Assembly (NCBI GenBank): GCA_003142795.1
Contig: PLNN01000017.1
Location: 512-64,511, forward strand
Length of the DNA: 64,000 bases
Reading direction: 5' to 3'
Source of the DNA: Candidatus Omnitrophota bacterium
Lineage (GTDB): Bacteria > Omnitrophota > Gorgyraeia > 2-01-FULL-45-10
The notes below the pieces were generated by a model. That model did no database searches. It saw nothing but the letters and a program-made list of their open reading frames with translations, and had not been told where the DNA came from. This document shows positions 38,077 to 48,398 of this stretch, one piece after another. Positions within the stretch are counted from its first letter, which is position 1. The number at the start of each line of letters is the position of its first letter. A program made the position numbers and the translations under genes.

Positions 38077-39847
38077 ACTTTCGGACTATGTAATAGATTT
38101 TCTACGGAAAGAAGGGATCGGCTGCGTTTTCGAGGTTTGCGGCGGTTCGATAACCCATCTCCTGGATTCTCTATACGGCAGAAAAGATATACGCGCGATC
38201 TCGATGCATCATGAGCAGGCAGCTGCGTTCGCGGCTGAAGGATATGCCAGGGCAGGCGAAAACTTCGGAGTAGCGATGGCGACGAGCGGGCCCGGAGCGA
38301 CTAATCTCATAACCGGCATAGGAAGCGCATTTTTTGATTCTATCCCCTGCCTATTCCTGACGGGCCAGGTAAATACTTATGAGTTTAAATTTGACCGGCC
38401 GGTAAGACAGGTTGGCTTCCAGGAAACAGATATAGTAAATATCGTAAAACCGATCGTCAAGGAAGCGCATCTCGTGACAGAACCCGACAAGATACGCTAC
38501 TTTTTAGAAAGATCCGTGCATGTTGCAAGATCGGGGCGTCCCGGCCCTGTCCTCCTGGATATACCGATGAATATACAGCGGGCCATGATCAACCCAAAGA
38601 AATTAAAACCGTTCAGTCCGAAACCCGGCCCTGTCCTTTCTTTAGATAAAACGTCTATCCAAAAAATAGTGAAAGCCGTATCTTCTTCTGAGCGCCCGGT
38701 AATACTCGTTGGCGGAGGCATTCGCCTGGCAAAGGCCGAAGGAGAGCTGTTAAAATTCCTGGAACAGACCGGGATGCCTGTCGTATGTTCTCTGATGGGG
38801 CTTGACGCATGCCCGCATGAGCATCCTTCTTTTGTCGGAATGATAGGCACCTATGGTAACCGCTACGCAAATCTGACGGTTGCCAACGCCGATATGATAC
38901 TGGCTTTAGGCACGCGGTTCGATACCAGACAAACCGGGACCAGGCCATACACTTTCGCAAGAGGGGCCAGGATCATTCATGTTGACATAGACCCCCACGA
39001 GATCGGGAACAAAGTAAAGCCTTACGCGTCGGTCTGCGCCGATATAAAAAGTTTCCTGGATATTTTGAATAAAGATATCAAGCACTATGATAGATCCGGA
39101 ATATCGGATTGGAAAAAAACAATACGGCTGTATAAAACAAAATATCCGATGCCTGTAAGATCTTCCAAAAAACATATCGATCCTAACGTGCTGCTGAGCC
39201 GTCTCTCCGATCTTTTACCCGAAGATGCGATCATATGCGTCGACGTCGGACAGCATCAGATGTGGTCGGGCCAATCGTTAAAGATCAAAAGGCATCAACG
39301 CTTTATAACCGAGGGCGGAATGGCTTCGATGGGTTCGTCCCTCTCCATGGCCATAGGCGCGTCGTTCGCAAAACCGGAAAAAGACGTCATAGTCATAAGC
39401 GGGGACGGCGGATTCCAGGTCAACATACAGGAGCTCCAGACGATACGCCATCATAACCTGCCCATAAAAATAGTATTGTTAAATAATAACGGTTATGGCA
39501 TGATAAGGCAATTCCAAAAACAATATTTTGGCGGGCGTTTTCAGTCAACGGTTATCGGTTATAGTCAGCCAAACTTCGGGTCCGTTGTCGCATCGTATAA
39601 ATTGCCTGTCATAAAAGTATCGCGATATAACGAACTGGATAAGGCATTTAAGCGGTTTCTAAGAGAGCGCGGACCTATCTTTTTAGAGATAAAGATCGGA
39701 GAAGACGGTCTCGTTCTTCCGAAACTTTCCGTAAATCGCCCCGTAGAGGATCAGGACCCTCTCCTGCCTCTGGATGAGCTGAAGTCGAACATGCTTGTAG
39801 ATCTATTACCGGAAACGATCGATGACAAAATCAGAAAAAAAACTTAG
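38066..39847 (+). CDS. ThDP-dependent acetolactate-synthase-like carboligase (YerE-like)
   Basis: HEQAAAFAAEGYA, TSGPGATN, DVGQHQMW, GDGGFQVN...NN ThDP motif; no ilvH/ilvC nearby; embedded in CDP-sugar genes. Confidence 0.85.
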   Translation: MSVKLSDYVIDFLRKEGIGCVFEVCGGSITHLLDSLYGRKDIRAISMHHEQAAAFAAEGYARAGENFGVAMATSGPGATNLITGIGSAFFDSIPCLFLTGQVNTYEFKFDRPVRQVGFQETDIVNIVKPIVKEAHLVTEPDKIRYFLERSVHVARSGRPGPVLLDIPMNIQRAMINPKKLKPFSPKPGPVLSLDKTSIQKIVKAVSSSERPVILVGGGIRLAKAEGELLKFLEQTGMPVVCSLMGLDACPHEHPSFVGMIGTYGNRYANLTVANADMILALGTRFDTRQTGTRPYTFARGARIIHVDIDPHEIGNKVKPYASVCADIKSFLDILNKDIKHYDRSGISDWKKTIRLYKTKYPMPVRSSKKHIDPNVLLSRLSDLLPEDAIICVDVGQHQMWSGQSLKIKRHQRFITEGGMASMGSSLSMAIGASFAKPEKDVIVISGDGGFQVNIQELQTIRHHNLPIKIVLLNNNGYGMIRQFQKQYFGGRFQSTVIGYSQPNFGSVVASYKLPVIKVSRYNELDKAFKRFLRERGPIFLEIKIGEDGLVLPKLSVNRPVEDQDPLLPLDELKSNMLVDLLPETIDDKIRKKT

Positions 39848-41150
39848 AGAAGAGATATTTAAAAAAATAGTCCGGTTTTACAAAGCCTGTCATGCGCCGA
39901 AAGAATTCATCCCCGGCACGACACCGGTAAAGTACGGAGGAAGGGTCTTTGACGAAAAAGAGCTCGTCAACTTGATCGACGCATCTCTCGATTTCTGGCT
40001 GACATCCGGCCGTTATGCCGCTTCTTTCGAGAAAAAACTGGCCGAATATTTATCTATAAAATATTGCATGCTTACGAATTCCGGCTCCTCCGCAAATCTT
40101 CTCGCCGTTACAGCCCTCACCTCTCCGCAGCTGGGCAAGAGGCGCTTAAAAGCCGGCGATGAGGTCATCACTACTGCCTGCGGCTTCCCGACCACGCTAA
40201 ACCCGATAATACAGAACAACCTTACACCCGTTTTTGTCGATGTTGAATTGGGCACCTATAATATCCGGGCGGATATTATAGAAAAAGCGGTCTCCAAAAA
40301 AACCAAAGCTATTTTTATACCGCATACTCTCGGCAACCCTGCCGCTATCGATCCCATTATAAAGATCGCCAGGAAATATAACTTATGGTTCGTAGAGGAC
40401 AATTGCGATTCGCTTGGATCCGTCTACAGGAATGCCTATACCGGCACCTTCGGAGACATCGCTACATGCAGCTTTTATCCTCCCCATCATATTACGATGG
40501 GCGAAGGCGGCGCGGTATTGACCGATTCTCCCCTGCTAAAAAAGATAATCCTTTCTTTGCGCGACTGGGGCAGGGATTGCTGGTGCGAATCCGGCCACGA
40601 TGATACCTGTCACAAAAGGTTTTCATGGAAATCAGGAAAGCTGCCGAGGGGATACGACCATAAGTATATATATTCCCACGTAGGATATAACCTGAGAGTG
40701 ACGGACATGCAGGCGGCAATAGGGCTTGCGCAATTGGACAAATTAGCGGCATTCACAACTGCGCGGAAGAAAAATTTTCAATACTTATACGATATATTCA
40801 AAAAATACGAGCGGTATATAGTCCTCCCCCGGCATGAAGCGCATGCCGAGCCAAGCTGGTTCGGCTTTCCTATTTTCGTAAAAAATTCCGCCCAGTTCAC
40901 GAGGGACGATATGGTCCGCTATCTCGAGTCTAAACGTATTACGACGAGAATGCTTTTCGGCGGCAATCTGACAAAACAGCCTGCTTATATGGACGCGCGA
41001 TACCGGATAGCGGGAGCGTTAACAAATACGGACGAAGTTATGAACAGGCTGTTCTGGATCGGCGTTTATCCCGGCCTTACCCCGCACATGTTACATTATG
41101 TCGAAGATACTATAAATAATTTTTTTAAGCACGCAATGCGTGCAAGGTGA
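39822..41150 (+). CDS. rfbH: CDP-4-keto-6-deoxyglucose 3-dehydratase (E1, PMP/[2Fe-2S])
   Basis: NSGSSANL, SFYPPHHITMGEGG (His replacing the PLP Lys), DWGRDCWC, DTC, YDHKY. Confidence 0.93.
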   Translation: MTKSEKKLREEIFKKIVRFYKACHAPKEFIPGTTPVKYGGRVFDEKELVNLIDASLDFWLTSGRYAASFEKKLAEYLSIKYCMLTNSGSSANLLAVTALTSPQLGKRRLKAGDEVITTACGFPTTLNPIIQNNLTPVFVDVELGTYNIRADIIEKAVSKKTKAIFIPHTLGNPAAIDPIIKIARKYNLWFVEDNCDSLGSVYRNAYTGTFGDIATCSFYPPHHITMGEGGAVLTDSPLLKKIILSLRDWGRDCWCESGHDDTCHKRFSWKSGKLPRGYDHKYIYSHVGYNLRVTDMQAAIGLAQLDKLAAFTTARKKNFQYLYDIFKKYERYIVLPRHEAHAEPSWFGFPIFVKNSAQFTRDDMVRYLESKRITTRMLFGGNLTKQPAYMDARYRIAGALTNTDEVMNRLFWIGVYPGLTPHMLHYVEDTINNFFKHAMRAR

Positions 41151-41847
41151 CATCTTGAAACTGAGCATTATAATCACTTGCTTCAATGAAAAAAACACTA
41201 TATTAAAATCTATCGATGAGGCAAAAAAAGTATCGGTCGAAAAAGAGATAATAGTGATCGATAACGCTTCGACGGACGGGTCCCGGGAGCTCTTAAGCGA
41301 TCTGAAAGACAGCGGCATCAAAATAGTCTTCCAACCCAAAAACTTCGGATACGGTCAATCGGTTAAAACGGGAGCGGAGCTGTCGCGGGGAGATTTCATC
41401 TACGTTCATTATTCGGATCTTGAATATGACATAGAATGTGTTTACAGGATGCTGGCGATCGCGGAAAAAGACTCTCTCGATGTTGTATTCGGCTCGCGCC
41501 TTTATGAAAACAAAAAGAGCCCTATCGCGCTGATCAAAGAGAGGCCTTACTATGCGGGGACCATAGCTACAACCTTCATGATAAATCTGTTCTACGGAAA
41601 GCATTTTACGGATATCATAGGGACCCGCCTATACAAGGCGTCAAGTTTTAAAAAACTGGATATCGAATCAACGGGAATGAGCTTTGATTTTGAAGTAGTA
41701 AGCCTGGTATGCAAGAAGGGACTTAAAATGTGCGAAGTCCCTGTCAAGTATAAGCCAAGGTCCACGAGAGAAGGCAAAAAGATCAAGGCCATGGACATCA
41801 TACCGGCGATCCTTACCATATTAAAGTTAAAATTTTTACCTAAATAA
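41140..41847 (+). CDS. GT2 polyprenol-phosphate glycosyltransferase (Dpm1/GtrB-like)
   Basis: CFNEK, DNASTDGS, NFGYG, SDLEY, VFGSR, FTD, EVPVKYKPR..EGKK. Confidence 0.85.
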   Translation: MQGDILKLSIIITCFNEKNTILKSIDEAKKVSVEKEIIVIDNASTDGSRELLSDLKDSGIKIVFQPKNFGYGQSVKTGAELSRGDFIYVHYSDLEYDIECVYRMLAIAEKDSLDVVFGSRLYENKKSPIALIKERPYYAGTIATTFMINLFYGKHFTDIIGTRLYKASSFKKLDIESTGMSFDFEVVSLVCKKGLKMCEVPVKYKPRSTREGKKIKAMDIIPAILTILKLKFLPK

Positions 41848-41853
41848 TACGAA

Positions 41854-43179
41854 ATGATCAAAAATCCAAGACGAGTACTGCTTATTATCTTCATTATCTC
41901 GATAGCGCTGGCTTCCTTTTTTGCTGCGTTCTCCCGCCCCGTTGTTCAGGATGATGACCCCGGCCAATACGACACGATCGGATGGAATATAGCTCAAGGT
42001 AATGGCTTTTCTCTCGCACGCTCCGGACCTTTTACGCCGACCATGCTGCGCGAACCTCTATATCCATATTTTCTTGGGGTAATATACAAAATATTCGGGC
42101 ACGATTATCGCATTGCAATAGCGTTCCAGATCGTTCTATTCGCCCTTACATGCCTGCTCGTTTACATGATATCGAAAGAAATATTCGGTGATAAAATAGC
42201 GGCGTATTCCGCGCTCCTGACCGCCCTCTGTCCTACTTTGGCGAATTATACAAGTTACATATTGACGGAAACGACCTTCACCTTTCTTCTGTGCCTATTC
42301 ATCTTCGTCCTGATAAAAGCAATGAGATCGGGAAAGATGGCTTTATTCATAGCATCCGGAGCGATGCTGGGGTTTTGCGCCTTATGCAAAGCCGTAATGC
42401 TGCCGTTCTTTGCCGTTGCCGCCGTGACAATTCTTTTAAAACGCAAGGCGGCGCATGCGAGCTTATTCGTCCTGACATTTTTGCTGATAGTCTCGCCTTG
42501 GCCTTACCGGAATTACACCCTATTCAAGACCTGCCAGATGAGCCTGCGCGGCGGCGCAGTCCTGTGGGAGCGCGCGCAAAAGTCGGATGACACCATAGAG
42601 GATATGAAGCATGCTATTGCATTTAATTTTTCGGAATATCTGGGCAACAAGATGTTCCCGGGGCTTGTCGAAAATCCGAGAGATTTCATACTACAGGGTT
42701 CAAAAAAATCTCACGAAAAAGAGTATGAGTTGTCCGCGCGCGGCCTGACGCCGGTTAAGATCGATAAATTAATGGCAGCAGAGGCAAAAGAAAAAATAAT
42801 GGGCCATCCGATGAAATTCCTGTTTTACATACCGATAGAATTTATAAAAATGACATCCTTTATTTATGTGCCGGTACTGAATGAACCGGATGTGATAAAT
42901 AAATTTTATGGCCTAAAAAATGGGAAGGCGATGCTTTCTTTCCTGAGAAGCGTCTTTCGCCTAAGCGCTTATCCCATCCTTATACTGGCTTTTATGGGGA
43001 TTTTATTTGCAAGGCGGTCGTGGAAGGATTGGATATTAATGGCGGCTATTATGATCTATATAAATCTTATTTACAGCATGTTATTTGCCATGGGGAGATA
43101 CGCGGTTCCGTTAATACCTTTTTATTTAATTTTTGCCACAGTAGGATTCTTTGGATTATTTACGAGACACTCGGCATGA
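41854..43179 (+). CDS. GT-C fold transferase (ArnT/PMT_2, GT83/GT39-like)
   Basis: DDD in first periplasmic loop, REPLYPYFL, LTETTF, PWPYRN, RYAVP; many TM helices. Confidence 0.8.
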   Translation: MIKNPRRVLLIIFIISIALASFFAAFSRPVVQDDDPGQYDTIGWNIAQGNGFSLARSGPFTPTMLREPLYPYFLGVIYKIFGHDYRIAIAFQIVLFALTCLLVYMISKEIFGDKIAAYSALLTALCPTLANYTSYILTETTFTFLLCLFIFVLIKAMRSGKMALFIASGAMLGFCALCKAVMLPFFAVAAVTILLKRKAAHASLFVLTFLLIVSPWPYRNYTLFKTCQMSLRGGAVLWERAQKSDDTIEDMKHAIAFNFSEYLGNKMFPGLVENPRDFILQGSKKSHEKEYELSARGLTPVKIDKLMAAEAKEKIMGHPMKFLFYIPIEFIKMTSFIYVPVLNEPDVINKFYGLKNGKAMLSFLRSVFRLSAYPILILAFMGILFARRSWKDWILMAAIMIYINLIYSMLFAMGRYAVPLIPFYLIFATVGFFGLFTRHSA

Positions 43180-43180
43180 A

Positions 43181-44338
43181 TTAAGGCAGTTGTTTCTTGC
43201 GAGGGTTCCACTTTTTGATAGTATTTGTAACATAACTCTGCTCGGGCTCAGATAGGCCGTTAAAAAAAGGAAGCCGGACAAGCCTGCTGCTGATATCCTC
43301 CGTAACCGGGCAATAGCTTATCTTAGAACCCATCCTAAGACCCATCGAAGAAAGGTGAAGGGGCACATAATGGAACGCGCTGGAAATCCCCTTATCCTTA
43401 AGATGCGCTATGAAAGAGTCCCGGGCCTTCAGGGAAGGTAAGATCAAATAAAACATGTGGTATGGTTGATCGCAGTGCGCAGGTATGAACGGAAGGCGCA
43501 CATCGTGCGCTTTAGCCCATTTTCCTAAATTTTCGTAATAACGAGCCCATATCAGGCGGCGCCTTTCCAGTATTTTCTTACTGCTCTCTAATTGCGCATA
43601 TAAAAATGCCGCGAGTATATCGGACGGCAAATAGCTTGACCCGATATCAACCCATGTATACTTATCCACCTCTCCCCGGCAAAAACTGGCGCGGTTGGTG
43701 CCTTTCTCCCGTATTATTTCGGCGCGTTTTATATATTTGGGGCCGTTCACTATGAGCGCCCCTCCCTCTCCGCATGTAAAGTTTTTTGTTTCATGAAAAC
43801 TCAGGGCTGACAGGCATCCGAAACTGCCCAGATCCCGGCCCTTATACTTACCAAAAAGGCCGTGCGCGTTATCTTCCACAACGGCAATATTTTTGCTGTT
43901 GGCTATACGCATGATCTCGTCCATTTCGCATCCTATCCCGCCATAATGCACCGGAACGACTGCCTTTGTTCTATGCGTGATCAAAGATCTTAACCGTCTC
44001 TCGTCCATATTAAGAGTGTCATCGCGAATGTCGATAAAAACAGGTTTTGCGCCGCGTAATACAAACGAATTCACAGTAGAAACAAATGAAAACGAAGGAA
44101 CTATTATTTCGTCCCCCTGCCGCACATCCAATAAAATAGCCGCCATCTCCAGGGCATGCGTACATGAAGTAGTCAGTAAAGCTTTTTTTACGCCCAGCTT
44201 CCGTTCAAGAACTTCCTGGCATTTACCGGTGAAAAAACCATCTCCGGAAATATGACCTTTTTCTATAGCCTTTTTAATGTAAAAAAGCTCATTCCCCGTA
44301 AGATAGGCCTTATTGAAAGGTATGCGATATTTTTTCAT
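43181..44338 (-). CDS. wecE: dTDP-4-amino-4,6-dideoxygalactose transaminase
   Basis: [41 protein letters not shown]. Confidence 0.92.
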   Translation of the reverse strand: MKKYRIPFNKAYLTGNELFYIKKAIEKGHISGDGFFTGKCQEVLERKLGVKKALLTTSCTHALEMAAILLDVRQGDEIIVPSFSFVSTVNSFVLRGAKPVFIDIRDDTLNMDERRLRSLITHRTKAVVPVHYGGIGCEMDEIMRIANSKNIAVVEDNAHGLFGKYKGRDLGSFGCLSALSFHETKNFTCGEGGALIVNGPKYIKRAEIIREKGTNRASFCRGEVDKYTWVDIGSSYLPSDILAAFLYAQLESSKKILERRRLIWARYYENLGKWAKAHDVRLPFIPAHCDQPYHMFYLILPSLKARDSFIAHLKDKGISSAFHYVPLHLSSMGLRMGSKISYCPVTEDISSRLVRLPFFNGLSEPEQSYVTNTIKKWNPRKKQLP

Positions 44339-45267
44339 ATAGATTTAAAATAATCTATCGTTCGCGACAGCCCTTCTTCCAGGCCGACCTTAGGCTGCCA
44401 CTTAAGCATCTTTTTGGCTTTCGCGATATTGGGACGCCTGACTTTTGGATCGTCGACGGGAAGCGCCTTATAGACAATCTTGCTTTTTGAATTTGTGAGC
44501 ATGATTATTGTCCGGGCGAGTTTCAAAAGGGTCATTTCATTTGGATTCCCGATATTTACCGGATCATTTTCTTTAGACATCAAAAGTTTGTATATTCCAT
44601 TTACAAGGTCAGATACGTAACAAAAACTCCTCGTCTGCGAACCGTTGCCATAGACCGTGATCGGTTTATTATCCAGCGCCTGGTTGATGAAATTAGGTAT
44701 TGCCCTGCCGTCATTCTCGCGCATTCTCTCTCCGTAAGTATTGAATATGCGAACGATCTTTGTATTGATCCCATGATAACGATGATAGGCCATCGTGATC
44801 GCTTCGGCAAAACGTTTTGCTTCATCATAAACGCCGCGCGGGCCGATCGGGTTGACGTTCCCCCAGTAACTTTCCGGCTGAGGATTGACCAGCGGGTCAC
44901 CGTATACTTCGCTGGTAGACGCGAGAAAAAATACGCATCTTTTAGCCTTGGCCACTCCTAAGGCATTATGTGTGCCCAGAGCCCCGACTTTTAGCGTCGG
45001 GATAGGATATTTAAGATAATCTATCGGGCTTGCAGGAGAGGCGAAATGCAGAATATAGTCGATCCTGCCTTTTATGTTTATCTTTTCGGAAACATTATGT
45101 TTGACGAACTTGAAATTTTTTCCGGCGAAGAGATGTTCTATATTCTCGATCTTTCCTGTTATAAGATTATCCATGCATATTACATCATAACCTTTGCCCA
45201 GGAATAATTCGCAAAGATGCGAACCTATAAAACCCGCGCCGCCCGTTATTAATACTTTTTTTCTCAT
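44335..45267 (-). CDS. UDP-glucuronate decarboxylase (UDP-xylose synthase)
   Basis: [51 protein letters not shown]. Confidence 0.92.
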   Translation of the reverse strand: MRKKVLITGGAGFIGSHLCELFLGKGYDVICMDNLITGKIENIEHLFAGKNFKFVKHNVSEKINIKGRIDYILHFASPASPIDYLKYPIPTLKVGALGTHNALGVAKAKRCVFFLASTSEVYGDPLVNPQPESYWGNVNPIGPRGVYDEAKRFAEAITMAYHRYHGINTKIVRIFNTYGERMRENDGRAIPNFINQALDNKPITVYGNGSQTRSFCYVSDLVNGIYKLLMSKENDPVNIGNPNEMTLLKLARTIIMLTNSKSKIVYKALPVDDPKVRRPNIAKAKKMLKWQPKVGLEEGLSRTIDYFKSI

Positions 45268-46196
45268 TTATTTTTGAACCATTCTACGGTACGTTTTAGC
45301 CCTTCCGTGAAATGGACTATCTTCTTTATCTTCAAAAGCCGCTTCATCTTGCTTATATCGGCGTAACTTTTCCGCACGTCTCCCGGCCTTTTTGGGCCAT
45401 GCTCCGGCTTGATATCCGTCTTCAGCATCTTATTAAGCGTATTGACTATATCGATAACCGATGTTGTAGTCCCGCAGGCTATGTTAAAAACCTCGCCTGA
45501 TATTCCGGGCGTGAGGGCGGCCTTTAAATTCGCTTCGACGACGTTCGCCACGTATGTAAAATCCCTGGATTGTTTACCGTCCCATTCGACTACCGGCATC
45601 TCTCCCTTCATCAGATTAAAAATGAACATCGGTATGACCGCAGAATATTTTGATTCCGGGTTCTGGCGCGGCCCGAAGACATTAAAATATCTTAAAGATA
45701 CCGTCTCCAGCCCGAACGTTTTCGCGAATGTAACACAGTAATTCTCCGCCGCGAGTTTCGATACGCCGTAAGGCGATATGGGCGAGGCGTGATCCGTCTC
45801 TTTTTGCGGGAATTTTTTTACATCCCCGTACGCGGAACTTGATGACGCGTAAACTACCCTTTTGACCTTATTGTCCCTTGCCGCTACCAGGAGATTCAGC
45901 GTTCCGAAAACATTCACCTCGTTGGACATAAAAGGATCTTCGACCGACTTGGCTACAGAGCGCAGCGCTGCCTGGTGTATCACGAAATCAACGCCCCTCA
46001 TGCTCGAGTCCAGCGCTTTCCTGTCCCTTATATCGCCCTCTATAAGCTCTATCCTGTTCAAAAAAGGCTCTATGTTCTCTTTTTTGCCGGTTATGAAATT
46101 ATCGAGGACACGCACTTTTTCGCCGCGCCGCACCAGCTCCTCGACTATATTCGAGCCTATGAACCCCGCCCCGCCCGTAACAAGATAATTTGCCAT
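45264..46196 (-). CDS. UDP-GlcNAc(A) 4-epimerase (WbpP/TviC-like SDR)
   Basis: [44 protein letters not shown]. Confidence 0.85.
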   Translation of the reverse strand: MANYLVTGGAGFIGSNIVEELVRRGEKVRVLDNFITGKKENIEPFLNRIELIEGDIRDRKALDSSMRGVDFVIHQAALRSVAKSVEDPFMSNEVNVFGTLNLLVAARDNKVKRVVYASSSSAYGDVKKFPQKETDHASPISPYGVSKLAAENYCVTFAKTFGLETVSLRYFNVFGPRQNPESKYSAVIPMFIFNLMKGEMPVVEWDGKQSRDFTYVANVVEANLKAALTPGISGEVFNIACGTTTSVIDIVNTLNKMLKTDIKPEHGPKRPGDVRKSYADISKMKRLLKIKKIVHFTEGLKRTVEWFKNK

Positions 46197-47500
46197 TACA
46201 GCCTCACTATGTTCGATCTTTTGGTTATGCCTTTCAGCACGTTCCTGGTGTCAACCACCAGGTCGGAATTATCCGCGATAAATTTATAATCTACGTTGGT
46301 ATGGTCGGTGACGATCACTACGCAGTCGGAATCTTTAAACGAATCTTTATTGAACGGAACGCCTTTCAGATTTATATCGTGTATCTTTAGATACGGCAGG
46401 TATGGGTCGTAATAAGAAACGATCGCGCCTTTTTCCATCAGGAGATCTATTACCTCCAATGACGGGGATTCGCGCAGATCCTTTACGTCTTTTTTGTACG
46501 CAACTCCGACCACCAGCACCTTCGAACATCTTAGCGGCTTGCGCTGATCGTTCAGCCCCTCGATAACTTTATCAACGACGTAATGCGGCATCTCTGAATT
46601 GACCTGCGACGCAAGATCTATGAACCGTGCCTCAAAACCGTGCATGCGCGCCTTCCATGAAAGGTATATGGGATCCACGGGAATGCAATGGCCGCCGACG
46701 CCCGGGCCCGGATAGAACGGCATGAACCCATACGGCTTGGTCTTGGCCGCGTCTATCACTTCCCAGACGTCTATGCCGAGCCTGTCGCACATGAGCATCA
46801 GCTCGTTGACCATGGCTATATTGACTATGCGGAACGTGTTCTCCAGGAGCTTTACCATCTCTGCAACCTTGCTCGATGAGACGGGGATAACCGTATCGAT
46901 GGCCTGCTCGTATAACGTTTTAGCGATATCCGTGGAATTCCGGGAAATGCCGCCGATGATCTTAGGGGTATTTTTAGTAGCATACTTCTCGTTGCCCGGG
47001 TCTATTCTTTCGGGGGAGAAGGCGAGATAAAAATCCTTCCCTTCTTTCAAGCCGTCCGATTCAAGTATAGGCAGCATCACTTCTTCGGTCGTGCCGGGAT
47101 AGGTAGTCGACTCAAGAACTATTATCTGGCCCCGCTTCATGTATTTCTTTATGTTATTCACGGCCGAGACTATGTATGAGACATCCGGTTCTTTTGTCTT
47201 ATATAACGGCGTCGGCACGCAGATGATAACGGCGTCACATTCTTTTATACGCCCGAAGTCGGCGGTAACGGCAAATCTTTTTTTAGCCATCGCATCTTTT
47301 ATATCCGCGGACGATACATCCAGGATATAAGATTTATGGCTATTGAGCCTCTTTATCCTGTCTTTGTCAATGTCGATGCCGTAAACCCTGAATCCCTTTT
47401 TCGCAAAACTAAGCGCCAGCGGCAAGCCGACATAGCCCAGCCCTATTATCCCTATCCGCGCTTTTATGTTCAATATCTTCTCTTTCAATAATTTCAACAT
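46196..47500 (-). CDS. UDP-N-acetylhexosamine 6-dehydrogenase (WbpA/WecC-like)
   Basis: GLGYVGLP, CVPTP, ESTTYPGTT, SPERIDPGN, GPGVGGHCIPVDP; start at ATG 47500 with RBS. Confidence 0.9.
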   Translation of the reverse strand: MLKLLKEKILNIKARIGIIGLGYVGLPLALSFAKKGFRVYGIDIDKDRIKRLNSHKSYILDVSSADIKDAMAKKRFAVTADFGRIKECDAVIICVPTPLYKTKEPDVSYIVSAVNNIKKYMKRGQIIVLESTTYPGTTEEVMLPILESDGLKEGKDFYLAFSPERIDPGNEKYATKNTPKIIGGISRNSTDIAKTLYEQAIDTVIPVSSSKVAEMVKLLENTFRIVNIAMVNELMLMCDRLGIDVWEVIDAAKTKPYGFMPFYPGPGVGGHCIPVDPIYLSWKARMHGFEARFIDLASQVNSEMPHYVVDKVIEGLNDQRKPLRCSKVLVVGVAYKKDVKDLRESPSLEVIDLLMEKGAIVSYYDPYLPYLKIHDINLKGVPFNKDSFKDSDCVVIVTDHTNVDYKFIADNSDLVVDTRNVLKGITKRSNIVRL

Positions 47501-47510
47501 GTTCCTCTCC

Positions 47511-48398
47511 TTATTGATCACCTGGTAGATACTCTTTTAATGCGTCTTTCCAATCACGCAATTTATAGCCGGTAAATCCTGCAAATTTTGAATTATCTAA
47601 TATCGACATCGCCGGCCGTTCTGCAGGCCTGTCCAGCTCCTTCGACGAAATAGCGATAACTTCCGTTTTAGAGCCGCTCAATCTTAATATCTCTTTCGCG
47701 TATCCATACCACGATACGCTTCCCGAATTCGACACATGGTACGTTCCGTAACCCGTAACTTTATCTAACAATGTATGTATCGCTTTCGCCAAGTCAACCG
47801 TATACGTCGGCGAACCGACCTGACCATCAACGACTTTTAATACTTTTTCGGTTTTTGCTTTAGCGATTATCGTATCGACAAAATTTTTGCCGTGTTTTCC
47901 ATATAGCCAGCTCGTGCGAAGTATGAAATATTCTTCTGCCTCTTTTTTTATCGCTTCTTCGCCTTTTAATTTTGAATCGCCGTATACGCTCAAGGGGCTG
48001 GGCTTATCTTCTTCCGTATAAGGAGCTCTCTTTTTTCCATCAAAGATAAAATCCGTGCTGATATGTATCAATACCGCGCCGGCGCTCCTGCATGCCCCAG
48101 CCACGTTCCCCGCGCCTTCGGCATTTATTTTATATGCTTTTTCACCGGCCGACTCGCATCCGTCGACATCCGTCATCGCCGCAGTGTGTATGACAACATC
48201 GGGCTTTACCAGTGCTATTATTTTTGCGATCGCTTCTCTGTTGGTTATGTCACTCTTGAAGAAACTCGTGACTCGTGACGTGTGACTTGTAAGCAAATCG
48301 GTTCCGATTATCTCACAGTCTTCCGCCAGCTCCTGACAAAGATCGATCCCAAGCATGCCGCTTGAGCCCGTTATTAGTATTTTATTTCTTTCCGGCAT
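47511..48398 (-). CDS. rfbD: dTDP-4-dehydrorhamnose reductase
   Basis: GSSGMLG, TAAMTDVD, ISTDFIFDG, YGDSK, RTSWLYG, QVGSPTY; within the rml cluster. Confidence 0.9.
   Translation of the reverse strand: MPERNKILITGSSGMLGIDLCQELAEDCEIIGTDLLTSHTSRVTSFFKSDITNREAIAKIIALVKPDVVIHTAAMTDVDGCESAGEKAYKINAEGAGNVAGACRSAGAVLIHISTDFIFDGKKRAPYTEEDKPSPLSVYGDSKLKGEEAIKKEAEEYFILRTSWLYGKHGKNFVDTIIAKAKTEKVLKVVDGQVGSPTYTVDLAKAIHTLLDKVTGYGTYHVSNSGSVSWYGYAKEILRLSGSKTEVIAISSKELDRPAERPAMSILDNSKFAGFTGYKLRDWKDALKEYLPGDQ
48264..48291. repeat. Degenerate 7-bp tandem repeat (4 units) inside rfbD
   Basis: ACTCGTG ACTCGTG ACGTGTG ACTTGTA, encoding the TSHTSRVTS insertion. Confidence 0.75.

Noticed and set aside
38066-39847. 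Branched-chain amino acid biosynthesis gene ilvB
   Set aside because: No regulatory subunit or ilvC/ilvD, and it overlaps CDP-sugar genes on both sides, so a YerE-like role fits better.
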